Source of the DNA: Acidimicrobiia bacterium
GTDB lineage: Bacteria; Actinomycetota; Acidimicrobiia; Spongiisociales; Spongiisociaceae
Direction of reading: 5' to 3'
Assembly (NCBI GenBank): GCA_041576165.1
Contig: JBFGLM010000023.1
Span: 1-64,000 of the forward strand
Length of the DNA stretch: 64,000 nucleotides
Shown: positions 9,801-19,403 of the stretch, one piece after another
Layout of the letters: the number at the start of each line of letters is the position of its first letter
Position numbering within the stretch: position 1 is the stretch's first letter
The notes under the pieces: model-generated
Seen by the model: only the letters and a program-made list of their open reading frames with translations
Databases searched by the model: none
What the model was told of the DNA's origin: nothing
Position numbers and translations under genes: made by a program

Positions 9801-11050
9801 CCGAAAGCATTCGGCGGATCGGGTTGTCATTAGGTGCCGACCTGTGCTGGCCCGTGTATTACGAAGACATAGTTGCCGCGCTTGATCCTGTCATCGAACT
9901 GGAGAGGGAGCGGATCCGGTTCGACGTCGAGCGAATCACGATCGAGCCCTTCGACCTGATGCAGACCGTCCAGTACGACGTGGTACTCGATCGACTCACG
10001 CCGTGGTACCCGACGAGTCGGGAGTGGATCAAGAAGGCCGTTGTGATGAATGACCTCTACGTCCTCAACAACCCCTTCACGTTGCAGTCCATGCAGAAGC
10101 ACACCTCGTATGCCGCAATGATGCGGCTGGGTTTGCCAGTGCCGCGCACCTGGATGTTGCCGCCCAAAGCGTACGAAGACGCGCCCGACCTCCAAATCAC
10201 CCTCGAGAGCTATGCCCGGATGTTCGAGCTGCGAGACGTCGGCGAGCGTGTCGGCTATCCCGCGTTCCTCAAGCCCTACGACGGCGGGGCCTGGGTGGGG
10301 GTATCACGGGTCGAGTCCTACGAGGAGCTGCGTGAGGCGTACGAGGCGTCGGGGACGAGGATCATGCATCTCCAAGAAGCGATCGAACCGTTCGACCTGT
10401 TCGTGCGCGCCCTGGGGGTGGGTCCGCAGGTCAACGTCATGCGGTACGACCCGGCGGCGCCCCTGCACGAACGGTACAAGGTCGATTTTCATTTCCTCGA
10501 TGCCAGCGAATGGCAGCAGATGCAGGACATGGCGTTGGTGATCAACAGCTTCTTCGGATGGGACTTCAACTCATGCGAAGCGCTCCGGCGCGATGACATC
10601 TTCCACCCGATCGACTTCGCCAATGCCAACCCCGACTCTCAAGTCACATCCCTGCATTTCCACATCCCGTGGCTGGTGAAGGCCTTGATCCGCTGGTCGC
10701 TGTTCTGCGCCGCGACACGGCGTCCGATGCAGCACGGTCTCGACTGGGAGCCGTACTTCGAGATCGCCGACGGTAACGGTCAACCGTCGGAGAAGCTGCG
10801 CGAAATGGCCGCCGTTGCCAGGTCATGGTTTGATGCGGACGAGTTCACGTCGTTTTGCGACACCTATCTCGGCGGGCTCGACGAAGTGGCACTCGACTAT
10901 TTCGGCGAGGACCGGGCGAAGGTCGCCGTCAAGCGCAAGGTGGGTGCCTTGTTTCCCTCGGCCGAGATCGACCATTTCACCGAACACTTCTGGGGCCTGC
11001 TGCAGTTTTGGCGTGCCGCCGAGCGCGACCGGCTGGGTCTGCACGCGTGA
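9797..11050 (+). CDS. ATP-grasp ligase (RimK/GshB-like), substrate unknown
   Basis: LDRLT, NNPF...K, PVPRTWMLP, YPAFLKPYDGGAWVGV, LQEAI and FNSCE...IDFANANPD motifs; ATGA overlap with the upstream gene. Confidence 0.85.
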   Translation: MTESIRRIGLSLGADLCWPVYYEDIVAALDPVIELERERIRFDVERITIEPFDLMQTVQYDVVLDRLTPWYPTSREWIKKAVVMNDLYVLNNPFTLQSMQKHTSYAAMMRLGLPVPRTWMLPPKAYEDAPDLQITLESYARMFELRDVGERVGYPAFLKPYDGGAWVGVSRVESYEELREAYEASGTRIMHLQEAIEPFDLFVRALGVGPQVNVMRYDPAAPLHERYKVDFHFLDASEWQQMQDMALVINSFFGWDFNSCEALRRDDIFHPIDFANANPDSQVTSLHFHIPWLVKALIRWSLFCAATRRPMQHGLDWEPYFEIADGNGQPSEKLREMAAVARSWFDADEFTSFCDTYLGGLDEVALDYFGEDRAKVAVKRKVGALFPSAEIDHFTEHFWGLLQFWRAAERDRLGLHA

Positions 11051-11769
11051 GCCGGACCGAGGCCTGGTACTCGGAGCGTGTGGGGGAGTGGATCAACCTC
11101 GTTCGTTGGGGCGAGTTGGGCGCGCCCGTCTTGGTTTTTCCCACCGCGGGCGGAGACGCGTGGGAGATCGAGCGGTTCGGTCTCGTCGACGCGCTGGGTC
11201 CGCTCATGGCGGCGGGGCGGATCAAGGTGTACTCAGTCGACAGTCTGTCGGGACGATCGTGGCTGCGCAGGGATGACCCCGCGCACAGCATGTGGCTGCA
11301 GAACAGATTCGATGAATGCCTGCGCGCCGAGGTCGTGCCCGCCATCCGGGCCGACTGCAATAGCGACCAGATCGAGGTGGTTGCGGCCGGGGCTTCAATC
11401 GGCGCGTTCTGGTCGCTCGAGGTGCTCTGCCGCCACCCCGACGTGTTCCGAGTGGCTATCTGTATGAGCGGGACCTTCGACCTGGGACCGTGGCGGGACG
11501 GCCAGTGGTCGGACGACTTCTACTACTCATCGCCGCTCGACTTCCTGTCCGGCCTCGAGGGACCCGTGCTGGAACGACTGAGGTCGCGATTCGTCGTGCT
11601 CGCGTGTGGCCAGGGCGCATGGGAGAACCCAGACGAGTCGTGGCGAGCTGCGGAGGTCCTGGGAAGGAAAGGTATACCCAACCGTGTCGACCTCTGGTCT
11701 GATCAGCATGCCCACGACTGGCCGACCTGGCGTGAGATGCTGCCCCTCTACCTCCACGACCTCGCTTGA
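11047..11769 (+). CDS. Putative esterase (alpha/beta hydrolase)
   Basis: GTG start overlaps the upstream stop (GTGA); PVLVFPTAGG, GASIG, MSGTFD and HDWPTW motifs. Confidence 0.85.
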   Translation: MSRTEAWYSERVGEWINLVRWGELGAPVLVFPTAGGDAWEIERFGLVDALGPLMAAGRIKVYSVDSLSGRSWLRRDDPAHSMWLQNRFDECLRAEVVPAIRADCNSDQIEVVAAGASIGAFWSLEVLCRHPDVFRVAICMSGTFDLGPWRDGQWSDDFYYSSPLDFLSGLEGPVLERLRSRFVVLACGQGAWENPDESWRAAEVLGRKGIPNRVDLWSDQHAHDWPTWREMLPLYLHDLA

Positions 11770-11893
11770 CCCGGAGCGAACTGCGACGCCTGGTCGGACG
11801 TGGGTCGGGCGGGGGTGGAGCCGGCCCAGTACCGTCGGAGGCTGGGCAGCGTTGATTCCGTGCCCGGGAGTACTGCGTGCGAAGGAGGTCTGC

Positions 11894-12304
11894 GTGTACC
11901 AGTCTATGTCGCTGCCGGCCGAACCGACGGCCACCGCCCCCGACGGCAGCCGCGTCCGGGTTCTACTTGGCTCACCTCACGGCGGACTTGCCGATTTCGA
12001 GTTCCCGTCCGGCGAGACCGCGCCAGCCGTGCGACACAAGACAGTGGATGAGGTCTGGTACATCTTGTCCGGACGCGGCGAGATGTGGCTGAGCGACGAG
12101 GGCCGGGACGATGTTGTGGAGTTACGGGCCGGAACCTGTATCTCGATCCCGGTCGGGACGACGTTCCAGGTTCGCACCCACCGTCCAGTCAGCCTCTGTG
12201 CCGTGGGGGCTACGATGCCGCCGTGGCCGGGGCCACACGAAGCGCTGGTGGTGGCCGGACGCTGGCAGCCGACGCTGGCGCCTGGTGAGCACTCGGCGTC
12301 GTAG
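11894..12304 (+). CDS. Cupin domain protein
   Basis: RBS GGAGG then GTG 11894; APDGSRVR, HKTVDEVWYILSGRGEMW, IPVGTTFQ and TMPPWPG motifs. Confidence 0.85.
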   Translation: MYQSMSLPAEPTATAPDGSRVRVLLGSPHGGLADFEFPSGETAPAVRHKTVDEVWYILSGRGEMWLSDEGRDDVVELRAGTCISIPVGTTFQVRTHRPVSLCAVGATMPPWPGPHEALVVAGRWQPTLAPGEHSAS

Positions 12305-12381
12305 AAACGGTGCCCGGCCAGGACTCTGCCTCGAGCCGAACGAGTTGGCGCCGGAAATGTTCGGATAGGGAGGGTCCGCTT

Positions 12382-13644
12382 TCAGCGATCGCGGGGAGTT
12401 GGCTTGCCCGGAATCTTCCCGTACGTCTCATTCATCCGGTACGCCACGACGAGACCGGAAGCCAGCGTGAGGGCAGCGACGAGCCAGATCGCGCTTCTCG
12501 CCCCGCTGAGATCGGCGACAATCCCCGTCAAGACGGCTCCCACCGCAAATCCGGCATCGCGCCAGAGGCGGTAGACGCCGACCGCCGACGCTCGCCAGGT
12601 TGGGTGCGCGATGTCGGCGACAGCGGCCAGCAGCGTGGGATAGACCATCGCAGTCCCGATGCCGAGGATTACGGCCGCGGTCAGCCACGGCGCGAATGTG
12701 TCGGCGCTCGCGATGAAGGCGATGGCAGCGGCCTGGAGCCACATGCCGGTGGCGATCATCCACTTGCGACCCACTCGATCAGAGATCACACCGGTGGCAA
12801 GCTGGCCGACCCCCCACACGGCGGGATAGGCGGCGGCGAGGATCCCGATTCTGGACACTGACAGCCCGGCGTCGGCGAAAACGAGCGGGAGCAGGCCCCA
12901 GGCCATGCCATCGTTGAGGTTGTTGACGAGACCGGCCTGGCTGGCGGCCGAGAGCGACGGGTTGCGCACGCTTGTCTCGACGAAGACCCGGTGGGTGCTG
13001 AGGGCCGGGGCGGGAGGGCCGCCAGCGTGGTTGGCCGCCTCGTGGGCAACGTGATGCTGTGTCTCGCGCACTGCGAGCGTAGAGAGGCCGAGTCCGAGCC
13101 CGGCGAATGCGAGTCCCAAATAGAAAGGCTCGGGTCGGAGTCCGTAGCGGGCGGCGATGTAGCCGGTGGCGAGGGCGGTGACCGACACGGCCATATATCC
13201 GGCCGCCTCATTTAGGCCCATGGCCAGCCCGCGACGCTCCGGTCCGGCCAGGTCGATCTTCATGATCACGGTGGTGGACCAGGCAAGGCCCTGATTGATG
13301 CCCAACAGAACGTTGGCGATCACGACCCACCCCCAAACCGGGGCCCACATCAACAGCAGTGGGACGGGGAGTCCGATCAGCCAACCGGCGACCAGGACAG
13401 GCTTGCGGCCGAGCCGGTCAGACAGCGCGCCGGCGAAGAAGTTGGTGGCGGCTTTCACCAGTCCGAAAGCGGCGATAAAGGTGAGCGCAGCCGTGAATCC
13501 GGTCAGCCCGAACTCGTCCTCGGCCAACAGGGGGAGCACCGTTCGCTCCTGGCCCAGCATCCCGCCGACCAAGGCGTTCACGCCCACCAGAAGTGAGAAT
13601 TGACCCAGGTTCGCGCCAATCCCCAACCGGATAGGTTGTGTCAT
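12382..13644 (-). CDS. MFS transporter
   Basis: About 12 TM segments; GALSDRLGRK and SDRVGRK motif A; ATG 13644 overlaps the stop of the upstream MBL gene. Confidence 0.92.
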   Translation of the reverse strand: MTQPIRLGIGANLGQFSLLVGVNALVGGMLGQERTVLPLLAEDEFGLTGFTAALTFIAAFGLVKAATNFFAGALSDRLGRKPVLVAGWLIGLPVPLLLMWAPVWGWVVIANVLLGINQGLAWSTTVIMKIDLAGPERRGLAMGLNEAAGYMAVSVTALATGYIAARYGLRPEPFYLGLAFAGLGLGLSTLAVRETQHHVAHEAANHAGGPPAPALSTHRVFVETSVRNPSLSAASQAGLVNNLNDGMAWGLLPLVFADAGLSVSRIGILAAAYPAVWGVGQLATGVISDRVGRKWMIATGMWLQAAAIAFIASADTFAPWLTAAVILGIGTAMVYPTLLAAVADIAHPTWRASAVGVYRLWRDAGFAVGAVLTGIVADLSGARSAIWLVAALTLASGLVVAYRMNETYGKIPGKPTPRDR

Positions 13645-14972
13645 GAAGTCACGGAGGCAGCGCGGGCCGCGCTGACGTCGACGTGACCCGCCGCCGTGAC
13701 CCCGATGCCGGCAGCGCCCTGCCGGTGGAGAAGGCTGGCGGCGGTCATCGCCCGCTGCCCGTGCCCGCAATGCACCACGGAGCCATCCGGTACGTCTGGG
13801 AAGCGGGTACCAAGATCACCGAGTTCGCAGTGGATGGCGCCATCGACGTGTCCGCGGCTCCACTCGGAATGCTGACGGACGTCCACGATCGTCGCACCCA
13901 GTGCGATCGCATCGGCGGGCATCAGTTCGATCGTGGCGAGCTGGCCGCCTGTCGCCAGCCAGTCATCCAGGTCGAGCCTTCCGGCGATGGCTCGGTGACC
14001 AATATTGAGCGCCTGCCGTACCAGGTCGCGTTCGTCCTGGTCGGAATCGAGGACGAACACGATCGGAGTGTCGGGCTCGAAGAGCCAACCCAGCCAGGTC
14101 CCAAATTGGCCGCGGAGCTCGATCGAGACCGAGTCGGGAACGTGCCCGGCTGCGAACTGCTCGATCGGGCGTACGTCGATGATCACCCGTCCGCCGAGAT
14201 CCTCGGCCGGGATGGAATCGAGCTCGGGTAGATCCGGGCCGAACACGTCTGGTCCCGACTGGTTCACCTTGCGGAGACGGCGGAAGTAGGTGGGATAGCT
14301 CCCCAAGCCGGCGAGCAGACGCTGCGCGAACTCTTCCGGATCGCTGTCCAGGGCGGCGGGGTGGTTCAGCTGCTCTGAGGCGATGGTCGAAACCGCAGTG
14401 CTCGTGACCGATGTCGAGGAACAGAACGAGCCGCCGCCGTGGGTGGGCCGCACTTCCACGTCGCCCGGCAGCATTTCGAGCAGGCGCCGAACGGATCGGC
14501 AGGCATCGCGGGCAAGTGGCCGGGTCAGCTCCGGTGAGATCAGATCCGGGCGAGCGACCCCACCGGCCATCAGTGTCCCACCAGAGAAGACGACCTGGGG
14601 AGTGGAAGCCTCCGACACCACGTATGCGACATGTTCGGGGGTGTGCCCCGGGGTTCCCACCACCCGGAGCAGGTAGTCGCCCACCGCCACCTCATCTCCA
14701 TCCCCGACCGGAACGTACGGATACGCCAGCCGGCTCTCACGTGGTGCAATCAAGGTGGCGCCCATCGCCATCAGTTCCCGGGCGCCCGAAACGAAGTCGG
14801 CGTGCAGATGGGTTTCCGCCACGTGCCGGATTTCGAGTCCCAGTCGCTCGGCGGCGTCGACGTAGGGGCGAGGGTCGCGCTCGGGATCCACCACCAGCCC
14901 CGACCCGTCTCCCAGATCGACCAAATACGACGTGTTTCCCAAACCCGGATTCGGGAGGGCGACCAGCCGCAT
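13641..14972 (-). CDS. MBL-fold persulfide dioxygenase fused to two rhodanese domains (CstB-like)
   Basis: ETHLHADFVSG, PGHTPEH and PTHGGGSFC motifs, then IDVR...FAAGHVP (pseudo-rhodanese) and VDVR...GHVDGA...HCGHGQRA (active-site Cys). Confidence 0.88.
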   Translation of the reverse strand: MRLVALPNPGLGNTSYLVDLGDGSGLVVDPERDPRPYVDAAERLGLEIRHVAETHLHADFVSGARELMAMGATLIAPRESRLAYPYVPVGDGDEVAVGDYLLRVVGTPGHTPEHVAYVVSEASTPQVVFSGGTLMAGGVARPDLISPELTRPLARDACRSVRRLLEMLPGDVEVRPTHGGGSFCSSTSVTSTAVSTIASEQLNHPAALDSDPEEFAQRLLAGLGSYPTYFRRLRKVNQSGPDVFGPDLPELDSIPAEDLGGRVIIDVRPIEQFAAGHVPDSVSIELRGQFGTWLGWLFEPDTPIVFVLDSDQDERDLVRQALNIGHRAIAGRLDLDDWLATGGQLATIELMPADAIALGATIVDVRQHSEWSRGHVDGAIHCELGDLGTRFPDVPDGSVVHCGHGQRAMTAASLLHRQGAAGIGVTAAGHVDVSAARAASVTS

Positions 14973-14988
14973 CGCACACCTCTCACAA

Positions 14989-15049
14989 TCAAATGTTTGT
15001 TTGAATATAACGGAGTGATGTGCCTAAGGTCAAATGAATGCTTGAATAT
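14989..15049. promoter_or_regulatory. Two tandem ArsR-type operator boxes TCAA-N8-TTGAATAT
   Basis: TCAAATGTTTGTTTGAATAT (14989-15008) and TCAAATGAATGCTTGAATAT (15030-15049) in an AT-rich divergent intergenic region. Confidence 0.75.
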
Positions 15050-15053
15050 GATC

Positions 15054-15734
15054 ATGGCAACGATCGGTACCCGCCCCGCCAAGGACGCGCTGTTCAATGC
15101 GTTTGGGCGCGTCGCCGCCTCGCTGGCCAGCGGTCGGCGGTTGGAGATCATCGACGTCCTGAGCCAGGCACCGCGAAGCGTCGAAGCGATCGCCGAATCG
15201 ATCGGCCAATCGGTGGCGAACACCTCCCATCACCTGCGGCGACTGGCCGAGGACGGTCTGGTGGATACCCAGAAGGCCGGCCGTCACGTGGTCTACCGGC
15301 TCTCGTCCGATTTGGTGTACGACCTGTGGCGAGCGCTGCAGGCGGTCACTGCTGCCCACCACTATCCGCTGTCCCCCGCAGCTGCGGCTTATGTGGGTGA
15401 TCGTGACGAGATCGAGCGGATTGACTGGCATGCGTTGCAGGAGCGACTTGACCAGGGCGAACATATCGTCATCATCGATGTCCGCCCGGAGGTCGAGTAT
15501 GCCGCCGGTCACCTAGAGGGCGCCATCTCGGTGCCTCCCGATCGACTCCACACTCTGTTGTTTGATATTCCGTCGAACGCCGATGTCGTGGCCTACTGCC
15601 GCGGCACCTACTGCGCCTACGCCGACCAGGCCGTCCGCGAACTCCGAGCACGCGGTCGAACCGCCTACCGACTCGAGGGAGGATTTCGCGACTTCATTCG
15701 GGGCGCGGAAGGCCGCGACGTTGTGGGCCCCTAG
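15054..15734 (+). CDS. ArsR/SmtB regulator fused to a rhodanese domain
   Basis: LASGRRLEIIDVL...SVANTSHHL winged HTH, then IDVRP.EY.AGHL.GA and YCRGTYC. Start is ATG 15048 or 15054. Confidence 0.9.
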   Translation: MATIGTRPAKDALFNAFGRVAASLASGRRLEIIDVLSQAPRSVEAIAESIGQSVANTSHHLRRLAEDGLVDTQKAGRHVVYRLSSDLVYDLWRALQAVTAAHHYPLSPAAAAYVGDRDEIERIDWHALQERLDQGEHIVIIDVRPEVEYAAGHLEGAISVPPDRLHTLLFDIPSNADVVAYCRGTYCAYADQAVRELRARGRTAYRLEGGFRDFIRGAEGRDVVGP

Positions 15735-15924
15735 CGGCTCGCCACGGTCGAGTTGATCCGCGCCCGGCACGCTGATCTGGCGCTTCCATGCGCCCGGCCG
15801 CGAGGCCAGGACGCCGGCCATGCGGGAATACCGCGCGGCTCGGGAGCGGCCGGCCGAACCGCCGGCGGGCTGGTAGGGCGCTCGATGTCTGTGTGAATCG
15901 CACTGGCAGCCGCCAGTCGTCACA

Positions 15925-17742
15925 ATGGTAAGGGTGAGCGATCAACCCATCGGCGAACATGCGATGCTCAGCGACTGCCACTCGGCCGCCCTGGTGGATC
16001 GGATGGGTTCGATCGAGTGGTGGTGCGCACCGCGCTTCGACAGTCCATCAGTGTTCGGGAGGATCCTCGACCCGGATGCCGGGCATTTCTCGATCACGGC
16101 TCGCGACGCCCGAAGAGTGCAGCGTCGGTACCTGGCGGGGTCCCTCGTCTTGGAGACCACGATCACAACTGACTCCGGTCGGCTCGTCCTGACGGATGCT
16201 CTGGCAATGGGCGAGGGCGTCCGTCATCACGATCTCGGACTCGATTCCCCCCACGTCCTGATGCGTCTCGTCGAGTGCGTCGAGGGCGACGTCGAGATCG
16301 ACGTCGAGTTCGTGCCGCGTTTCGAGTACGGATTGACCCGGCCGCTCGTGAGTCCCGTGGAAGGCGGTGTGGCCGCCAAGGGAGGGCCGGTCACCCTGTT
16401 GCTCGCCACCTCGCTTCCGCTGGAGGTCGTGGGGCCTTCGGCCACGCGGTCGACCGGGCTGGAGACGGGTGATCGCATCGGGTTTGCGGTGCAGATGGCG
16501 TCGAGCTGGGACCCGCTGCCTGCGGCGTGGACGGAGAATCACGTGCGGCACCGCCTCGCCGACACTCAGGAGGCGTGGCAGACCTGGGGTGAATCACATC
16601 ACAACTACGAGGGTCCGTACGAGGACTTGGTCGCCCACTCAGGCCGGGTCCTCCAGGGCCTGACGTACCGGCCGACCGGCGCCATGGTTGCGGCGCCGAC
16701 CACCTCGCTGCCGGAGGATATTGGCGGCGAGCGCAATTGGGACTACCGCTATTGCTGGGTCCGTGACGCGGGGTTCACACTCCGGGCGCTCTGGGTCGCA
16801 GCCTGCCCCGACGAGGCGGGAACGTATCTGGACTACCTCACGGCGGCATCGAGTTCGGTCTACGAGCGGGACCACCTGCAGATCATGTTCGGGATTCGGG
16901 GTGGGCGTGACCTGTCTGAACGCACCCTGCCGTGGCTGCGGGGGTGGCGCAACAGCGCACCCGTGCGGGTCGGCAACGACGCGTGGCGCCAGACGCAACA
17001 CGATGTGTACGGAGAGATCCTCTCTGCAATGCACCGGCTCCGCGAACAGGTGGGTGACCTCGATCAAACCGAGCAGCGTCTGTTGCGGCTTCTCGCCGAT
17101 CGTGCTGCGGTCGTGTGGCGCGAGCCCGACGCCGGCATCTGGGAGATTCGCGGGCCGGCCCAACACCACGTTCATTCCAAGCTCATGTGCTGGGTTGCGC
17201 TGGATCGGGCGATCGATCTCGCTCCACAGCTCGACGCTCATGAGCACGTGGAGGCGTGGCGCAGCGCGGCTGCCGACATCAGAGATGCCATCCTCGAGCA
17301 CGGCTGGTCGGATGAGATCGGTTCGTTCACCCAGGCCTTTGGGGTCCCGGCACTCGACGCGTCGAGCCTCGTCATACCGATCGTGGGATTCCTTCCGTTC
17401 GACGATGAGCGAGTTTTGGCGACTGTCGAGACGATCCAGCGCGAGCTGGTCGACTCCCTGGGCCTCGTCCACCGGTATCGCGCGGACGACGGCCTCGCCG
17501 GCGACGAAGGCTCATTCCTCCTGTGCACCTTCTGGCTGGTCGAAGCACTCGCCGGCGCAGGGAGGGTGGACGAGGCGCACTCTGTCTTCCAGACTGCGAT
17601 TGCCTACCAAAACGACGTCGGGCTGCTCGCCGAGGAGGTAGCTACCACCGGTGAGCTGGTGGGCAACTATCCGCAGGCGTTCAGCCACGTCGGCCTCGTG
17701 AACGGGGCATGGGCCATCGCGCAGGCGGAAACTCGCGGCTGA
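15925..17742 (+). CDS. Glycoside hydrolase family 15 (trehalase/glucoamylase-like; likely start GTG 15934)
   Basis: PRFDSPS, AAPTTSLPE..GG.RNWDYRYCWVRD, QHDVYGE, GIWEIRG, EGSFLLCTFW and GNYPQAFSH motifs. Confidence 0.93.
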   Translation: MVRVSDQPIGEHAMLSDCHSAALVDRMGSIEWWCAPRFDSPSVFGRILDPDAGHFSITARDARRVQRRYLAGSLVLETTITTDSGRLVLTDALAMGEGVRHHDLGLDSPHVLMRLVECVEGDVEIDVEFVPRFEYGLTRPLVSPVEGGVAAKGGPVTLLLATSLPLEVVGPSATRSTGLETGDRIGFAVQMASSWDPLPAAWTENHVRHRLADTQEAWQTWGESHHNYEGPYEDLVAHSGRVLQGLTYRPTGAMVAAPTTSLPEDIGGERNWDYRYCWVRDAGFTLRALWVAACPDEAGTYLDYLTAASSSVYERDHLQIMFGIRGGRDLSERTLPWLRGWRNSAPVRVGNDAWRQTQHDVYGEILSAMHRLREQVGDLDQTEQRLLRLLADRAAVVWREPDAGIWEIRGPAQHHVHSKLMCWVALDRAIDLAPQLDAHEHVEAWRSAAADIRDAILEHGWSDEIGSFTQAFGVPALDASSLVIPIVGFLPFDDERVLATVETIQRELVDSLGLVHRYRADDGLAGDEGSFLLCTFWLVEALAGAGRVDEAHSVFQTAIAYQNDVGLLAEEVATTGELVGNYPQAFSHVGLVNGAWAIAQAETRG

Positions 17743-17981
17743 CCAACCAGGCGCGAGGAGGGTCGGCCAGGCTCACGGGAGGAGCAGAACGGGGCGTGAT
17801 CTGATCTGATCCCATCAGCAACAACGACCCATCCACCGCTTCCAATTGGTGCGCGGCTGGTCCGCAGTTCCGGGATCCCCGGTCCGGCGCTACCCCTCGG
17901 GTTCGCTCCCGGGACATGGTCCGAGCTCGGTACATGTGCAGGTCAGCGGATCGGCGGGGATCCCAGGGCGGCCGCCGGAAC

Positions 17982-18680
17982 CTATTCCTGCGCTTCGTCC
18001 CTTCCCGAGCCCATCGCCGGGTGCGAACTCTTGAACTCGCGCCACGATGACACCTGGGTGAGCTCGCCGGCGCGACGTTTCCGGAAGTACTCCCGCATCT
18101 CGGGAATGGTGGCGACGAGAAACAGCACGTTGACGAGCACCGCGTACATCGCCTCCGGCCCTGTTCCCAACCAGAAGAACCACGGGATCAGGAGAAACTG
18201 GCCGAGGGTGTACGCCGCGAACATGTCGCGCATGACGCCGAGCCCGATCGCCATCCCGAGCACCGCCGTAGCGGGACCGGCCAGAGGGTCGACCGCAAAC
18301 AGACCCCCGTAGAGCGGTGACTGACCGCGCCCGCCCTGGAATCGGTGATAGACGGGCCAGTTGTGTCCGACGATCACCATGACCGCCACGACCAGGTGAT
18401 ACGCATCGTTCGGCCATACGAGCCTCACTACGAGCACCGGGATGAAGGCCTTGAGCATGTCACCCAGACCGACCACCAGACCCCACTTGGGCCCGGTCCT
18501 GGCACCGACCGCAGTCGCGCTGACCCCGCCATAGTGAATCGTGCTCCCACCGATCAGTTCCAGCGTCGTGGAGCTGATGTCCTCTTCGGGGATCACCCGG
18601 CCGGCCACGATGCGCGCTAAGGACACTGCGCCTATGAGATATGCGCCGACACCCAACACGACGGCCAGTCCCAGATGCAC
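17982..18680 (-). CDS. Divergent PlsY-like glycerol-3-phosphate acyltransferase family membrane protein
   Basis: AYLIGAV, D.LKA and GHNWPVY..FQGGRG match PlsY. The canonical GSGNxGATN and C-terminal HxxN motifs are altered. Confidence 0.75.
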   Translation of the reverse strand: MHLGLAVVLGVGAYLIGAVSLARIVAGRVIPEEDISSTTLELIGGSTIHYGGVSATAVGARTGPKWGLVVGLGDMLKAFIPVLVVRLVWPNDAYHLVVAVMVIVGHNWPVYHRFQGGRGQSPLYGGLFAVDPLAGPATAVLGMAIGLGVMRDMFAAYTLGQFLLIPWFFWLGTGPEAMYAVLVNVLFLVATIPEMREYFRKRRAGELTQVSSWREFKSSHPAMGSGRDEAQE

Positions 18681-18772
18681 GAGCCCTCCTCACTCCCACT
18701 GTATCCCGGATATCAGCCCAATACGTTGCCGGCTGTGGTTACGTACACGCCGGAGTGAGAGCGGGACAGCCA

Positions 18773-19402
18773 GTGGTACCACAGACAACCAGGTTGACGG
18801 CTCGCGCCGTGACCGTGGTAGCCACAGCGGGCGCCATCGTGGTAGTGATGAGCGAAGTCGCGTCAGCTCACGAGAGTCAGGTCATCAGGCTCGGTTCGTT
18901 CTTTGGCGGACTGCTGCATCCCGTCCTTGGTCTCGATCACTTCCTCGCCATGGTCAGCGTCGGCATCGTCAGCTCCATGGTGGGCGGACGGGCGATCTGG
19001 ACCGTGCCCGGTCTGTTTGTGATCATGATGGGGGTGGGCGGCCTGGCCGGTGCATCCAATCTGGGCCTGACTCCGGCTGCCATCGAGACTGGCATCGCGC
19101 TGTCCGTGATCCTGCTCGGCCTAGCCATAGCGCTGGACCGATCTTTGCCGGCCCGGGCGGTGATGATTGCGGTCGTGTTCTTCGGTTTCTTCCATGGCTA
19201 CGCACACGGCGCCGAGATTCCCGAGATCGCCGGTCCGGTGGTCTACGCGGCCGGCTTCATGCTCGGCACTGCCTTGATCCACGTTACGGGAGTTGTCATC
19301 GGGGAGGTGGCAAGGCGCTACTCGTCGGGGCGTCTGGTGCTTCGCAGCGTCGGCGGCGCCTTCGTCATTCTCGGAATCTTGTTTCTGATTGGAGTGATGT
19401 GA
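18773..19402 (+). CDS. HupE/UreJ family Ni/Co transporter
   Basis: Signal peptide ending ASA-H; GLLHPVLGLDHFLAM, FHGYAHGAE and YAAGF...T..IH motifs. Start is approximate. Confidence 0.9.
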   Translation: MVPQTTRLTARAVTVVATAGAIVVVMSEVASAHESQVIRLGSFFGGLLHPVLGLDHFLAMVSVGIVSSMVGGRAIWTVPGLFVIMMGVGGLAGASNLGLTPAAIETGIALSVILLGLAIALDRSLPARAVMIAVVFFGFFHGYAHGAEIPEIAGPVVYAAGFMLGTALIHVTGVVIGEVARRYSSGRLVLRSVGGAFVILGILFLIGVM

Positions 19403-19403
19403 G

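Noticed and set aside
8505-9830. 441-aa minus-strand ORF, and similar long antisense ORFs (25269..26600, 56187..57398, 60131..61429, 61137..62240)
   Set aside because: They overlap well-supported genes, have no motifs, and are expected in high-GC DNA.
17795-17811. TGATC x3 short tandem repeat
   Set aside because: Too short to distinguish from chance, with no associated feature.
18680-18780. Cobalamin or NiCo riboswitch upstream of hupE
   Set aside because: No B12-box or other conserved riboswitch elements recognisable, and the spacer is short.
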